A stretch of 64,000 bases of DNA from Candidatus Latescibacterota bacterium (GCA_965198115.1 OZ240241.1:7072001-7136000), one strand, 5' to 3'. Numbered from the stretch's first letter, positions 1-10,137 are shown. Notes: generated from the letters alone by a model not told the origin. Translations and numbers: made by a program.

Positions 1-440
1 ATGGATCCTGTCTGAGGGTTTCGAGTTGGTGGGTCGGGCCGACATACCGATGGAGTCCCTTGTCGACACCTTCTACGCGGTTGACGACGAGAAAGGTTTC
101 CAAAGGGTGGCGGGCACCCGCTGACGGCACGGTTTTGAAGACGTCGATGCCGTCTACCTCCTTGACACCTTGGGTTGCCCAGAGCAGGTAGGAAAGATCA
201 CGCGTGGTGAGAGAGACGTCCGTCAGATAGTCCCGTTCCGATTTTCGCTCGCCGATTGCGTCGTGAAGCGAACCGCTTGGATCGGGGATCTCGGGGGACG
301 GCAGGTCGACACACGCGTTCCGAGGCTCTATGAAAGGTGGTGTGGGGGGTAGCTGCTTGGACTGTTCGGTGGCTTCGAGAAATTTGAACTGTTTTCCGCA
401 TAAAGTCACGGCCGACGGCGGGTCTTCTTTTTCGTTTCAT
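1..440 (-). CDS. SagB/ThcOx-family nitroreductase, runs off the window start; probable frameshift near 390
   Basis: Manual minus-strand translation gives ...RDLSYLLWATQGVKEVDGIDVFKTVPSAGARHPLETFLVVNRVEGVDKGLHRY..., a typical SagB motif. The N-terminus GRDFMRKT lies in another frame (ORF 198..440). Confidence 0.8.
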
Positions 441-503
441 CGAGGAAACCTTTCACCGCGGAGCACGCCGCCTAAACCGCAACTGCCGCTGACCGCTTGC
501 ACG

Positions 504-950
504 CTACCTGTCCGGATTCTCGGGTATAGCGCGGGTCGGCGAAGCGCCCATTTCTGCCACTTCGACGCAGAAATGTTGAAGACCGTTCGTGACGACGAGG
601 TAGCGGGCGGCGATGGCCTGGTTGTATTGACCGATCTGGTCGAAGGCACGCTGGTCGATGTTTACATCAGGCGCTTTACACTCGGCTGCGAGGATGGCCT
701 TACCCGTCCTATCGTGGACGATGATGTCGGCGCGATAAGGAACGCCCTTCCATTCGAAGCCCGTCTCGATACCGGTTCGCCCGGCAGAATACCCCAGATC
801 CTCCACCAGATGACGGACCATATGCTGACGCACCCATTCCTCTGGCGTGAGGACGAGCCACTTTCGGCGGATGGTGTCGAAGATCTCCTTTTGACCGCCG
901 TTTTCGCGAAGATCGAAGTCGTAGGCGCGTGGGAAGTTGAGGGATCTCAT
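504..950 (-). CDS. Type I restriction enzyme HsdR N-terminal-domain protein (stand-alone)
   Basis: Motifs IFDTIRRKWLVLTPEEWVRQH, RADIIV, ECKAP, QIGQYN and TNG. Confidence 0.85.
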   Translation of the reverse strand: MRSLNFPRAYDFDLRENGGQKEIFDTIRRKWLVLTPEEWVRQHMVRHLVEDLGYSAGRTGIETGFEWKGVPYRADIIVHDRTGKAILAAECKAPDVNIDQRAFDQIGQYNQAIAARYLVVTNGLQHFCVEVAEMGASPTRAIPENPDR

Positions 951-1060
951 GAAAAGCAGAATAAACCACGGAGCACACGGAGTGGTGCTTTAGCCAGGAT
1001 CCAGGCCCTAGTTGGGGAAACGGTCCGCAGGTAGTCCCGGAATCGCGTTATTCCGTTCAC

Positions 1061-2299
1061 TTATCCAAACAACTCCCTGTACTCACGGTCGAAGTCGTCG
1101 CTGTCATCGTCGAGACGTCGATCGAGGGTGATTCCCGGGAGGGCTCCGGTCAGCGCTCCACTGAGGAATTCCGAACGGTAGCTGCCGTCCGGATAGTGAA
1201 GCGTACGGCCACTCGGCCACCTGATCGTGTGGATCTGGCGACGGACGGAGACTCTGAATTCGGGATCCACGCGATAGCGCTCGACGGCATCCTCATCGAT
1301 CGTGACACCGAGGCCGGGTTCTTCGGGAACCTGGACGTGACCGCCCTCGATCGTGAACTCGGTGATGAGGGGATGCTCGTAGACGTTGATGCAGGGGATG
1401 TAGGGCCAACGCGCCATCTTCAACACGGCGCCGAGGTGAACGGACCAGATGGTCGTGAGCCCCGTTCCAACGAGCTGCAGCCAGAAGGGCATGTTGGCGT
1501 GTTCGGCGATCGTCGCCTGGGACGTCACGCTCGACACACCACCGCCGACGACGAACCCGTCGCAGACGCCCTCGCGAATGGCCGTCATCACGGGCGGGGT
1601 GCCGAAGTGCATCGCGATGGGCGTGGCAATCTTTCGACGCAGGATGGCGTTGCCCGCGACGTCGTTCTGTGGGATCGGCGATTCGACTATGGCGAAGTTC
1701 TTGTGGCGGGTCTCGAGACGGCGGATGAGCGGGGCGGCAATGTCTTCTGCGAGAAGCAGACCGTTGAAGTCGACATCCAGCTTGAAATGCGGCGATACCG
1801 CCTCGCAGACGGCTTCGAGCTGCTGGTCGATGTCGAACCACGGTCGCGCCTTGGCCTTCATCGACGTGTAGCCCATCGATTCCGCTGTCTTCGCCTCTCT
1901 CGCCCACTCCTCGGGCTTCATATCCTGCGCCCACCAGGACACGGGACAGGCGTCACGGTGCTGGTGACCGAGCAGTCGGTGGCAGGGTAGATCCGTGAGT
2001 TTGCCGGCCAGATCGTAGAGCGCCATCTGGATTCCGACGCCTAGACTGTCGTCGCTCAGTAGATCGAAGACGTTTTGTCCGATCGCTCGGCCGAACAGAT
2101 CGTCCGTCGAGCGAGGCGAGCCGTAGAACGGCAGATTTTCACCGATTCCCTCGACGCCCGACCGGGAACGGATCCGGAACAGGTCCACCACACCGAAGTC
2201 AGGGACGCGGATATCCTTTACGTCCCGGCATCGCGGGTGGAAGGGGATATGATGACGTGTGCGCTCGATGGATTCGATGGTGTTTGCTTGGCTGTTCAT
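1061..2299 (-). CDS. Mandelate racemase/muconate-lactonizing enzyme (enolase superfamily)
   Basis: MALYDLAGKL..P...LLG, KxK motif (MKAKAR), DFN, ESP, and C-terminal VPEEPGLGVTIDE. Confidence 0.88.
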   Translation of the reverse strand: MNSQANTIESIERTRHHIPFHPRCRDVKDIRVPDFGVVDLFRIRSRSGVEGIGENLPFYGSPRSTDDLFGRAIGQNVFDLLSDDSLGVGIQMALYDLAGKLTDLPCHRLLGHQHRDACPVSWWAQDMKPEEWAREAKTAESMGYTSMKAKARPWFDIDQQLEAVCEAVSPHFKLDVDFNGLLLAEDIAAPLIRRLETRHKNFAIVESPIPQNDVAGNAILRRKIATPIAMHFGTPPVMTAIREGVCDGFVVGGGVSSVTSQATIAEHANMPFWLQLVGTGLTTIWSVHLGAVLKMARWPYIPCINVYEHPLITEFTIEGGHVQVPEEPGLGVTIDEDAVERYRVDPEFRVSVRRQIHTIRWPSGRTLHYPDGSYRSEFLSGALTGALPGITLDRRLDDDSDDFDREYRELFG

Positions 2300-2318
2300 G
2301 GTGGTGTCTTTCCTGATG

Positions 2319-2350
2319 CCGTCGTCCTTCGACTCCGCTCAGGATGACGG
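2319..2350. repeat. REP-like palindrome (CCTTCGACTCCGCTCAGGATGAC type)
   Basis: CCGTCGTCC...GGATGACGG stem; related to elements at 5840-6015 and ~21345. Confidence 0.55.
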
Positions 2351-2364
2351 ATTGCTGAACCTTG

Positions 2365-3813
2365 TCACCGTATCGGATGCGGGTAGACGCGTTGCCAGTC
2401 GCCCTCGCCCCTCGCGAAGGCTGGATCTTCCCAGTCGGTGTTGTGATTCTTCTCGGCGTGCGCTTTGGCGATTGAGGTCAGGAAGTAGGCGGTAAGCTCG
2501 CGATCCAACCGCTCGCGGATCATCTGGCAATCCGCATCGCGGATCTTGTTGTCCTGCTCGGCAGGGTCCTCATCGATGTTGAACAGCGCACTCCACCCGT
2601 TCGTGTAGCGAACGAGCTTTCACGTGCCGTCGAAGTTCATCGACCCGCTCGCAAGACAGCCGAAGGCCCGATCCCGACCCACCGCTCCCGGGATGCCCAG
2701 ATCGGCGAGCGGCCTGGAGTCCATATAACCGGGAATCTCGCACCCCCCATAGTGCAGGAGCGTCGCAGTGATGTCTTCGATGCTTGCGGGTCCCTCGTGG
2801 ACGACCGCCCTACCGAGGTTCGGGTCGTGAACGATGAGGGGGACTCGGGTACTGGCTTCGAAGAACGTGCCTTTTCCGATCAGACCGTGGTCGCCGAGGT
2901 AGTCGCCGTGGTCGCTGCAGAAGATGACGATGGTGCTTTCCCATCGACCGGTGTCCTTCAGCGCCTGAACGATCTCGCCCACCTTGTCGTCGATCTGCTT
3001 GACGAGCCCGGCGTAGTGGGCGCGGATTTTTTTCTTGTGCGCAGTCGTGAATTCCGTGTAGTCGACGCCGTTCCACTCACCCTTATTCCCGTTGACGTTG
3101 GTCTCGATGAACTGTGGGGGCTGATCCTCGCCGATGGGATAGGGTTCGGGCATCGCGTCTGGAGCATAGCGATCGGCATATTCGAGGGAGGGATCGTAGG
3201 GACAGTGCGGACCGGGAAAGCCGACCATCATCGCGAATGGCGTGTCAGCGTCCTGCTCGCGAATGTAGCGCACAGCTTCGTTTCCGACGAAACCGTCCCA
3301 CGAGTCCTCGTAGGCGTGCTGATGAACGAACGCGCCACGATTTTCCTGGTAGCCTTCGTGCTCATTGCCGTGGAGTTTTCTCAACCCTTTTGCTTTGAGG
3401 TATTTCTGGTAATCGTCCTCGATGTGGATCCAACGCTTGTCCTCGCAGACGACGCGGTGGTCGAACCCCATTGAAGCTTCCCAAGGGTAGAAGTGCATCT
3501 TTCCGATTGCACAGGTGGTGTAGCCATGGTCCTTCAGCATCGATGGCCACATTCGGATGCCACAAGCTTCGAGATCGGGGCGGAGATACTGGCCGTTCCC
3601 CATCACGCCGGTCCGGATCGCGTTGATGCCGGTAAGTAGCGTCGACCGCATCGGGACACAGACCGGGTGGGGTGCGTAGGCTTTTTCGTAGCGGACGCCG
3701 CTATCACACAGACTGTCGATATGGGGCGTGTCGATGAAATCGGCGCCGTAGCAGCCCAGGAAGTCGGAGCGCAACTGGTCGGGCATGATGAAAAGGAGAT
3801 TGGGGCTTGGCAT
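2365..3813 (-). CDS. Sulfatase (choline-sulfatase-like) interrupted by an in-frame TGA at 2620-2622
   Basis: PNLLFIMPDQLR, FGly motif CVPMR, GKMH, SDHGD. The frame continues past the TGA as KLVRYTNGWSALFNIDEDPAEQDN to a stop at 2365. Confidence 0.85.
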
Positions 3814-3844
3814 TATGTCTCTGTTTTGCGACGAATCAGAAACC

Positions 3845-3940
3845 ATATCCGAGATCCGATGTCCGACCTCAGATATTCGAAAGGAAGTGCGCATTCATCT
3901 CAGATATCGGATATCTCCAGTCGGATATCTGATATCGTTT
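3845..3940. repeat. Inverted pair of degenerate 7-bp tandem arrays (ATATCCG / ATATCGG)
   Basis: ATATCCG AGATCCG ATGTCCG ACCTCAG ATATTCG ... ATCTCAG ATATCGG ATATCTC CAGTCGG ATATCTG ATATCGT. Confidence 0.8.
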
Positions 3941-4828
3941 TCAGGTTGCGATCGGGACTAGACGCAGTGCGTTCTGACTCATCAGTTTTTCCCGGACGGA
4001 CGGGTCCAGCTCGAGTTCGGACAGGAAATCCTGAAGGTCGTTGCCGGGGGCATCGCGGCCGTAGAGCAGGCGATCCTGATATCGTGTGATAAAGTCGACG
4101 GCGTGACCCGGGTCGCGTCGCATTGCAGTCAACCCCGAGCCCGCAGAGAGGTCGGCCCACAGGTTGGAGTGACGCTCGAAGAGGTCGAAGAGCTTCCCGC
4201 CGGGGACAATCGGTCCATCTGGGTAGGTCTTGGGGTCGTCGGCTTCATCTCCACTGATGTGGCGCCAGAAACCGGGCGCGTGGCCGATGAAGATCGTGTC
4301 CGGACATTTGCCAAAGGTTCGGTCGAGCGCGTCGATTTCGCCACCATACCAGGCTTCCTGATAGACGCGCTTGCCGGCGCCATCGGAGAGGTAGGGCGTG
4401 TCGATGTGGAGCACGACGGGTGCGCGGCACTCGCCCGCGGCGATGAAGAGTTCGATGGCTCGGGGATCGTCGAGAATCGTGCGATACGACCACTCACCAC
4501 AAACGCGGATGCCGTGTGTTCGCGCGGCCACTTCGAAGAGCGTAGCGGCGTCGCCTTCGGTCGGGCAAGGACACCAGCCGGCGACGAAGCGATCCGGATA
4601 TTGGTCCCGCGATCGAGCGACGTCGTCGAGTGTGACCCCAGCGTGGGTGCCGTCGGTGCGCACGTTGGCCGGATTGAAGCCACGGTGGCTTCCCGGGATG
4701 TGCTGGTCGGGCGGCAGATACCACGTGAGCAGCCAGCCGTGGTCGATGCCGAACGCGTTCATTTCGCCGATGACGCCGGTCGCGTCGAGGCCGTGGTAGT
4801 AGGGATGATTGTGTGTGTCGATGATCAT
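3941..4828 (-). CDS. Amidohydrolase family protein (Amidohydro_2-like)
   Basis: IIDTHNH metal motif, PVVLH, FIGHAPGFW, ADLSAGSG, LLYGRD. Confidence 0.88.
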   Translation of the reverse strand: MIIDTHNHPYYHGLDATGVIGEMNAFGIDHGWLLTWYLPPDQHIPGSHRGFNPANVRTDGTHAGVTLDDVARSRDQYPDRFVAGWCPCPTEGDAATLFEVAARTHGIRVCGEWSYRTILDDPRAIELFIAAGECRAPVVLHIDTPYLSDGAGKRVYQEAWYGGEIDALDRTFGKCPDTIFIGHAPGFWRHISGDEADDPKTYPDGPIVPGGKLFDLFERHSNLWADLSAGSGLTAMRRDPGHAVDFITRYQDRLLYGRDAPGNDLQDFLSELELDPSVREKLMSQNALRLVPIAT

Positions 4829-4840
4829 CGCGTAAAGAAA

Positions 4841-4947
4841 AACGATATCAGAAATCCGATGTGCGACTTCTGATCTAAGAAATGAAAACCACTTTCATGC
4901 TTGCCTTTCTGATGTCGGACATCTGCTATCGGATTTCGGATATCGTT
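4841..4947. repeat. Second inverted pair of 7-bp tandem arrays, same family as 3845-3940
   Basis: AACGATATCAG AAATCCG ATGTGCG ACTTCTG ... ATGTCGG ACATCTG CTATCGG ATTTCGG ATATCGTT. Confidence 0.8.
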
Positions 4948-5778
4948 TTACACCAGGTTCAGCAGCGAGAGGCTGTCACGATAAATCATACTCTCGGTCT
5001 CTTCCTCATCCAGTCGTGGCAGATTCGTGCCTTCGACCATTTTGTTGAGCGAGCGGATGCCCTGGAGCGAGTTGTCCACCGTGGCGAACGGATAGTCCGT
5101 GCCGAACAGCACTTTGTCCCAGATGCTGTACTCCTGTACGAGCATCAGGCTGTTGTAGAGCCGCCACGGTCGGTAGTGAATGGCGCTGACATCGGTGTAG
5201 ACGTTCGGGTGCTTTCGAACTGTGACGACGCACTCGTTTTCGTAGGGATGCGAGAGATGGGCCATCACGATAGTGACGTCGGGATACCGGATAGCGACAT
5301 CGTCGAGATGACGCGGGAGTGTGCATTCGAGCGGCGCGTGCTGAGTGTGGAGCAGGACGGGTAGCTCGTGTTTCGTTGCGTAGGACCAGAGGTGATCCAG
5401 CTCGGGGTCACAGGGTCTAAATCCCGCGTACATGGACAAGAGTTTGATGCCTCGCAGGCCGAGATCCTGGTGACCCTGTTCAAGCTCCTCTTTCCACCCT
5501 GCCTGCGTGGGGTCGACTGAAAGGAATCCGATGAGGTCGTCTGGATGCTGTGACACGTAGTCCGCGACGTAACGATCGTCGACCCACAAACCGCTGAGGC
5601 GAGCCTTCCCACCGAAGACGACTGTTTTGACTACTTCCGACGACTGTCGCTGGTAATCCCCGTAGTTGACTGTCAGGTCCAGCTCCTGTGCTTTCCACGC
5701 TCGAGCAAACTGGTCGCGGAAGTAGTCGCCGAAATGGTCGGGGTACTTCCAGGCGTGTGAGTGGATGTCGATGATCAT
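4948..5778 (-). CDS. Amidohydrolase family protein (Amidohydro_2-like)
   Basis: IIDIHSH, GIKL, PVLLH, MAHLSHP, NVYTDVS, KVLFGTDYP. Confidence 0.9.
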   Translation of the reverse strand: MIIDIHSHAWKYPDHFGDYFRDQFARAWKAQELDLTVNYGDYQRQSSEVVKTVVFGGKARLSGLWVDDRYVADYVSQHPDDLIGFLSVDPTQAGWKEELEQGHQDLGLRGIKLLSMYAGFRPCDPELDHLWSYATKHELPVLLHTQHAPLECTLPRHLDDVAIRYPDVTIVMAHLSHPYENECVVTVRKHPNVYTDVSAIHYRPWRLYNSLMLVQEYSIWDKVLFGTDYPFATVDNSLQGIRSLNKMVEGTNLPRLDEEETESMIYRDSLSLLNLV

Positions 5779-5839
5779 GGAGGTTAGTGACCTTGAACAG
5801 GCCTGACGTTTTCCTACCAGAATGTCTCATTCCACTACT

Positions 5840-6015
5840 CCGCTCATCCTGAGTAGCGCTGCTTACGTTCTCTAGGCACCTCAGAGAGAGATTCGTATAT
5901 CGAAGGATGTGCGGCCTGTGGCAACGCCCACCGTTCGTCCTTCGATATGGGGATCATCCCCATTCACAACTCCGGTCGCCGAACTCTTCTCGATACCCCT
6001 ACTCAGGATGAACGG
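5840..6015. repeat. 176-bp nested palindromic element (MITE/REP-like)
   Basis: Terminal inverted repeat CCGCTCATCCTGAGTAG / CTACTCAGGATGAACGG (16/17 match); inner perfect IR ATATCGAAGGA (5897-5907) / TCCTTCGATAT (5938-5948). Confidence 0.7.
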
Positions 6016-6112
6016 TGTTGCCAAATCATTCTTGTCGTTTCTGTGACCACGCCCGCTCTCCTGCCCGTCCCGACCGCGAAGCGGACGTACCGAGGGGATC
6101 GCCTGCTCGACT

Positions 6113-7132
6113 TCAGATCGTATCCACTTCCACAAAGCGATCCTCGTCTTTGGCGACGCGAAGGGGATTCCGCAACGGTCTCCCGAATCCCTCCCACGCG
6201 ACGGCCATGACATCGCCATCCTGGAGCGCAACGCCTTCGCCGAAGCTGAAGCCGTCCGCGCCGTAGAAGTGGATGTGTGCGTCGCCGGGCCGGCGATGGA
6301 TGTCATACTTGAAGTGATGGTGTTCGAGGTTGGCGAGGGAGTGGGACATGTTGGCTTCGCCCGTGACGATCGCCCGTGACCAGAAGGTGTCGCTCTCGCG
6401 TTCGATGTGGACGGTTCCGTGCACGTCGCTGAAATCGCCGTCGAGGACGAGTTCGGGACCGATCGCGCAGTCTCTGAGCTTGGATGGCGCGAGGTAGAGG
6501 TAATTTTTCTTTTCCATCACGTGATCCGCGAATTCGTTTCCAATCGCGAAACCGACCCGGCGTGGGTTTCCTTCGTTGTCGATCAGGTAGCAGCCGGCAA
6601 TTTCGGGCTCCTCTCCGCCGTCGTCGGCGTAAGCGGGCACATCGAGGGGCTCGCCGTGAGCCCGGACGATCGACGCTGGTCCCTTGTAGAACCATTCCGG
6701 CTGGACGCCGATGGTACCCGCTTCCGGTCGACCGCCTTCGACGCCCCAGCGAAACATTCGCATACTGTCAGTGATGGTTTCCTCGTCGTCTGTGGACGGG
6801 GCGCCGGTCTGCTCTTCGTGTATGGCCTGACGATTGGCGGCGCTGGCCATGTGCGTCAGTCCCGTTCCAGCCACGAGGCAGCGGGCGGGTTCGCCTGGAT
6901 GGTCGAAAGCCGGCAGCAGCGACCATTCGCTCTTTCCGCTGTAGACGTCGTCGTAGGACACTGACTGGGTGGACGGGGCTCCCCTGACGAGGTCGAGCAA
7001 GGACTGTCCCCGTTCGATGGCGGATTGGGCGAGGGCAAGCGTCGACGGGGTCTCGAGAATGTCGAGGGTGTTCCCATTGACCCGGGCGACGCGCCGGTTC
7101 CATTGAGGATGTTTGATTTGAACCAGGGAAAC
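6113..7132 (-). pseudogene. FAH-superfamily AraD1/GguC-like protein whose ATG is separated by an IS256 insertion
   Basis: GTGLTH, QPEWFYKG, GGEEPEIAG, GNEFADH, NYLYLAPSKLR, LEHHHFKY. The frame is open up to the IS target duplication; the original ATG is at 8529-8531. Confidence 0.8.
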
Positions 7133-8520
7133 GGTGAGGTCCCTATCCTAGTTGAAACTTAAAGGGCTCCAAACTTACGTTGTGGGTAGACGTGTGAGAG
7201 CGTGTACCCGTAAGAAAGGAGCCCACGATGGAGAAGCTATTTGCAGGGGATGGCGAAGTCAAGGTTGGGTCAGACGTTATGGATTTGGAGACGCGTTTAT
7301 CGGTGATCCGGGCGCTGATTCCGCTGGGTCTGGAGGCCGTTGCCGACGTGCTCCAGCAGGAGGTGGAGCAGCTCGCAGGCGTTCGGTATGCGCGTAAGGG
7401 TTCAGAGCAGTCGCATCGTCGATGGGGAAGCCAGAAAGGGTCCGTGTATCTGATGGACCAGAAGCTGCCGGTGGCCGTTCCCCGTGTGCGCGACGTCGAG
7501 TCCGATACGGAGGTTTCTCTGGCCGCATACCGGGGGATGCAGAGGCCCAGAGCGATGGATGAGAAGCTGCTGCTTCGTGTGCTCAAGGGAATCTCCTGTC
7601 GCAACTACAGAGCCTGTGCAGAGTCGGTACCCGAAGCGTTCGGAATCTCGGCATCCTCCGTCTCGCGACGGTTCATCAAAGCCACCGCAAAGAAGCTGAA
7701 GCAGTTCCAGGAACGACCGCTCGACGACTACGACTTGGTCGCCCTGTTCATCGACGGAAAGAGCTTTGCCGACGAAGAGATCGTGATCGCTCCGGGCGTC
7801 ACGACGGACGGCCAGAAGATCCCCCTGGGCTTCGTCGAATCGGCGACGGAGAACGAACGGATCTGCCGTCAGCTGATCCAGGATCTCATCCGGAGAGGCC
7901 TGTGCTACGACCAGGGCCTTCTCGTTGTGCTGGACGGCTCAAAGGGACTCCGCAGTGCCGTCACCAAAGCCCTCAAAGGGGATGTGTGCGTGCATCGCTG
8001 TCAGTGGCACAAGCGCGAGAACGTCGTCAGCTACCTCCCGGAGGCAGAACGTCCAAGAGTTCGACGGAAACTTCAGAAAGCCTATGACTGCGACACCTAC
8101 GAGGAGGCAAAGGCCGCACTCGAATCACTCAAACCCGAACTCAAGCTGATGAATCAGTCTGCCGTGGCAAGCCTCGAGGAAGGACTGGAGGAAACCCTGA
8201 CCCTCCACCGGCTGGGGATGCTCCCGTTCTTGAAGCGAAGCTTCCGAACCACCAATTGCATCGAGGCGCTCAACAGCATGACCGGCAACCTGATACGGAA
8301 GGTCAACCGCTGGAACAACTCTCCTCAGCGACACAGATGGGTCGCGGCCGCACTCCTCGACATCGAACCACGCCTGCGACGCGTGAGCGGATACAAACAC
8401 CTCCCGCTGCTCAGGCAAGCACTGAAAAACAACCTGAATCTCGGCGACAATCAAGATGCTCGGCAGAGAGCATGAATACCACGGAGCCCGATGAGTTTCA
8501 ACTGACTATGGGACTTGACC
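7133..8520 (+). mobile_element. Complete IS256-family element with 27-bp imperfect TIRs and an 8-bp TSD (AGGGAAAC)
   Basis: Left end GGTGAGGTCCCTATCCTAGTTGAAACT; right end reverse complement GGTCAAGTCCCATAGTCAGTTGAAACT; AGGGAAAC at 7125-7132 and 8521-8528. Confidence 0.95.
7228..8475 (+). CDS. IS256-family (Mutator-like) DDE transposase
   Basis: LFIDG, VVLDGSKGL, RCQWHK, RTTNCIEALN. Confidence 0.95.
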   Translation: MEKLFAGDGEVKVGSDVMDLETRLSVIRALIPLGLEAVADVLQQEVEQLAGVRYARKGSEQSHRRWGSQKGSVYLMDQKLPVAVPRVRDVESDTEVSLAAYRGMQRPRAMDEKLLLRVLKGISCRNYRACAESVPEAFGISASSVSRRFIKATAKKLKQFQERPLDDYDLVALFIDGKSFADEEIVIAPGVTTDGQKIPLGFVESATENERICRQLIQDLIRRGLCYDQGLLVVLDGSKGLRSAVTKALKGDVCVHRCQWHKRENVVSYLPEAERPRVRRKLQKAYDCDTYEEAKAALESLKPELKLMNQSAVASLEEGLEETLTLHRLGMLPFLKRSFRTTNCIEALNSMTGNLIRKVNRWNNSPQRHRWVAAALLDIEPRLRRVSGYKHLPLLRQALKNNLNLGDNQDARQRA

Positions 8521-8565
8521 AGGGAAACCATTGAAATCGAGAATGGACTAGAATTGGAAAGACGC

Positions 8566-8592
8566 CACTGAGGGCACTGAGACCACTGAGGA
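8566..8592. repeat. 9-bp tandem repeat CACTGAGnn x3
   Basis: CACTGAGGG CACTGAGAC CACTGAGGA. Confidence 0.7.
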
Positions 8593-8911
8593 TTAAAAGC
8601 TGACTCTGATCGGTCGTGTGGCTGTAAACCGGAGTCTGCCGTATGTAACGGGAAATAAGCAGGATACTCAATGGAAAGTTTAGGTGGGAGGCGATATTGG
8701 CAGAAATCAGTGTTTGAAGACAACTTTTTTCGACAATCGATCGTCTTCATACCAGGAACACACATTGCAGAAGGGGCTGGTGAGGGTTCGGGTATTGGTG
8801 CTGAAGCAGCCGGGGCCGTAGAAGGACGGGCACAATGCACTCCGACCTGATCCCTGATGGGCCTCTCTCCGTGTCCTCTGTGTGCTCAGTGGCGCATTTA
8901 AGGGGTTTCGC

Positions 8912-9491
8912 TTGACAGAAACCTATCTCATCGACGCATTCCTACAGGGTGACAAGGCCGCCTTCAACGACCTCGTCCGTCTGTGGCATACTCGGATTTA
9001 CAACTTCGTTCTGCGATACGTGGGGGACCGGGATGAGGCGAGCGATCTTGCCCAGCAGACGTTCATCCGGGCCTACACGGGGTTGGCCAGGCTCGAGGAT
9101 CCCGACAGCTTCTCGACGTGGATCTACCGGATTGCGATGAACGCCTGCCGGGACGCGGGACGGGCTCGGCAGCGACGGGTGATGGTGGATGCAGAAGATG
9201 AGGCGGTGGCCGTGGAGCTACAGGCCAATCCCGCTACGCGGCCCGATGCGACAACCCAGGCAGGTGAACTGAGGGACTTGCTAAAACCGTGCACTGCAAT
9301 CGATTCCCGAAGAACAACGCGTCGTGGTGATTATGAAGGAGTATGAAGGGTTGAAGCTGCGTGAAGTGGCCGAGGCACTCGATGTATCGATCAACACGGT
9401 GAAAACCCGGCTGTATCGCGGGCTGGTCAATCTGAAAGAGGTTTTCGATTCGTGGCAGGTCACTGAGGAGATGATCCGGTATGACACGTGA
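8912..9491 (+). CDS. ECF-type RNA polymerase sigma-70 factor (1-nt frameshift at the A-run 9283-9286)
   Basis: Region 2 DLAQQTFIRAY...FSTWIYRIAMN; region 4 in the shifted frame LQSIPEEQRVVVIMKEYEGLKLREVAEALDVSINTVKTRLYRG. Confidence 0.88.
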
Positions 9492-10137
9492 CGAACTGAA
9501 CGAGCAACTGGTCGCCTACCTTTACGACGAGTTGGATGAGGACGAGCGGCGTGAGCTGGAGGTCTTTCTGGATGCGAACGAGGATGCGCGGCAACAGCTC
9601 GCAGATCTGCGGCGCACGCGCAGAGTGCTGGGAGCGTGGGAGGATGAGGCGCCGCCTTCCGAAGTGACGTTCGTTTCTGAGGATGCGTCGGTGGGTAAGA
9701 AGCGACTCGTGATCGACTTTACCTGGCAACGGGCAGCCGCGGTGGGGTTCGCGATCGCTGCGGTCCTGGTGTTGGCCTTTACACGTGTGGATGTATCCGT
9801 GAACGAAGGGTCGATGGCCGTCCTGATGAACTGGTCCGATCCGACGGGCTCTTCCGCATCCGAATCGGACTCGGTCCTGACGGTCGATCGGTTCGTCGAG
9901 TATCAGCGCGAGTATTTGGGATTGACGCAGGGTCTGATCGAGGCATCGGAGCTTCGACAGCGAGCTGCGATGATCGAATTCGCGGGCGTCCTCGAGGCCC
10001 GACGGCAAGAGGACCTTCGAGAGATCGGCAGGGGGATGCAGAATGTGGGGCAAATCGCCGAAAGGGGTTATCTGCAGTCGGGAGCGCTCCTGACGCGACT
10101 GGCCCGTTCCGGGAAGGAGAGAGGAGACACACGATGA
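9481..10137 (+). CDS. Putative membrane anti-sigma factor
   Basis: Overlaps the sigma stop; N-terminal LVAYLYDELDEDERRELEVFL anti-sigma-like domain without the Zn ligands; single TM segment. Confidence 0.75.
   Translation: MTRDELNEQLVAYLYDELDEDERRELEVFLDANEDARQQLADLRRTRRVLGAWEDEAPPSEVTFVSEDASVGKKRLVIDFTWQRAAAVGFAIAAVLVLAFTRVDVSVNEGSMAVLMNWSDPTGSSASESDSVLTVDRFVEYQREYLGLTQGLIEASELRQRAAMIEFAGVLEARRQEDLREIGRGMQNVGQIAERGYLQSGALLTRLARSGKERGDTR

Noticed and set aside
1-440. SagB-like gene as a sign of a thiazole/oxazole RiPP cluster
   Set aside because: No YcaO, precursor or E1-like gene is visible on this side, and stand-alone SagB-type nitroreductases are common; the other flank is outside the window.
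504-950. Type I restriction-modification system
   Set aside because: Only a short stand-alone HsdR_N domain is present; no hsdM, hsdS or helicase.
2620-2622. TGA recoding (Trp or selenocysteine)
   Set aside because: TGG encodes Trp throughout, TGA ends many genes here, and the aligned residue is Trp rather than Cys.
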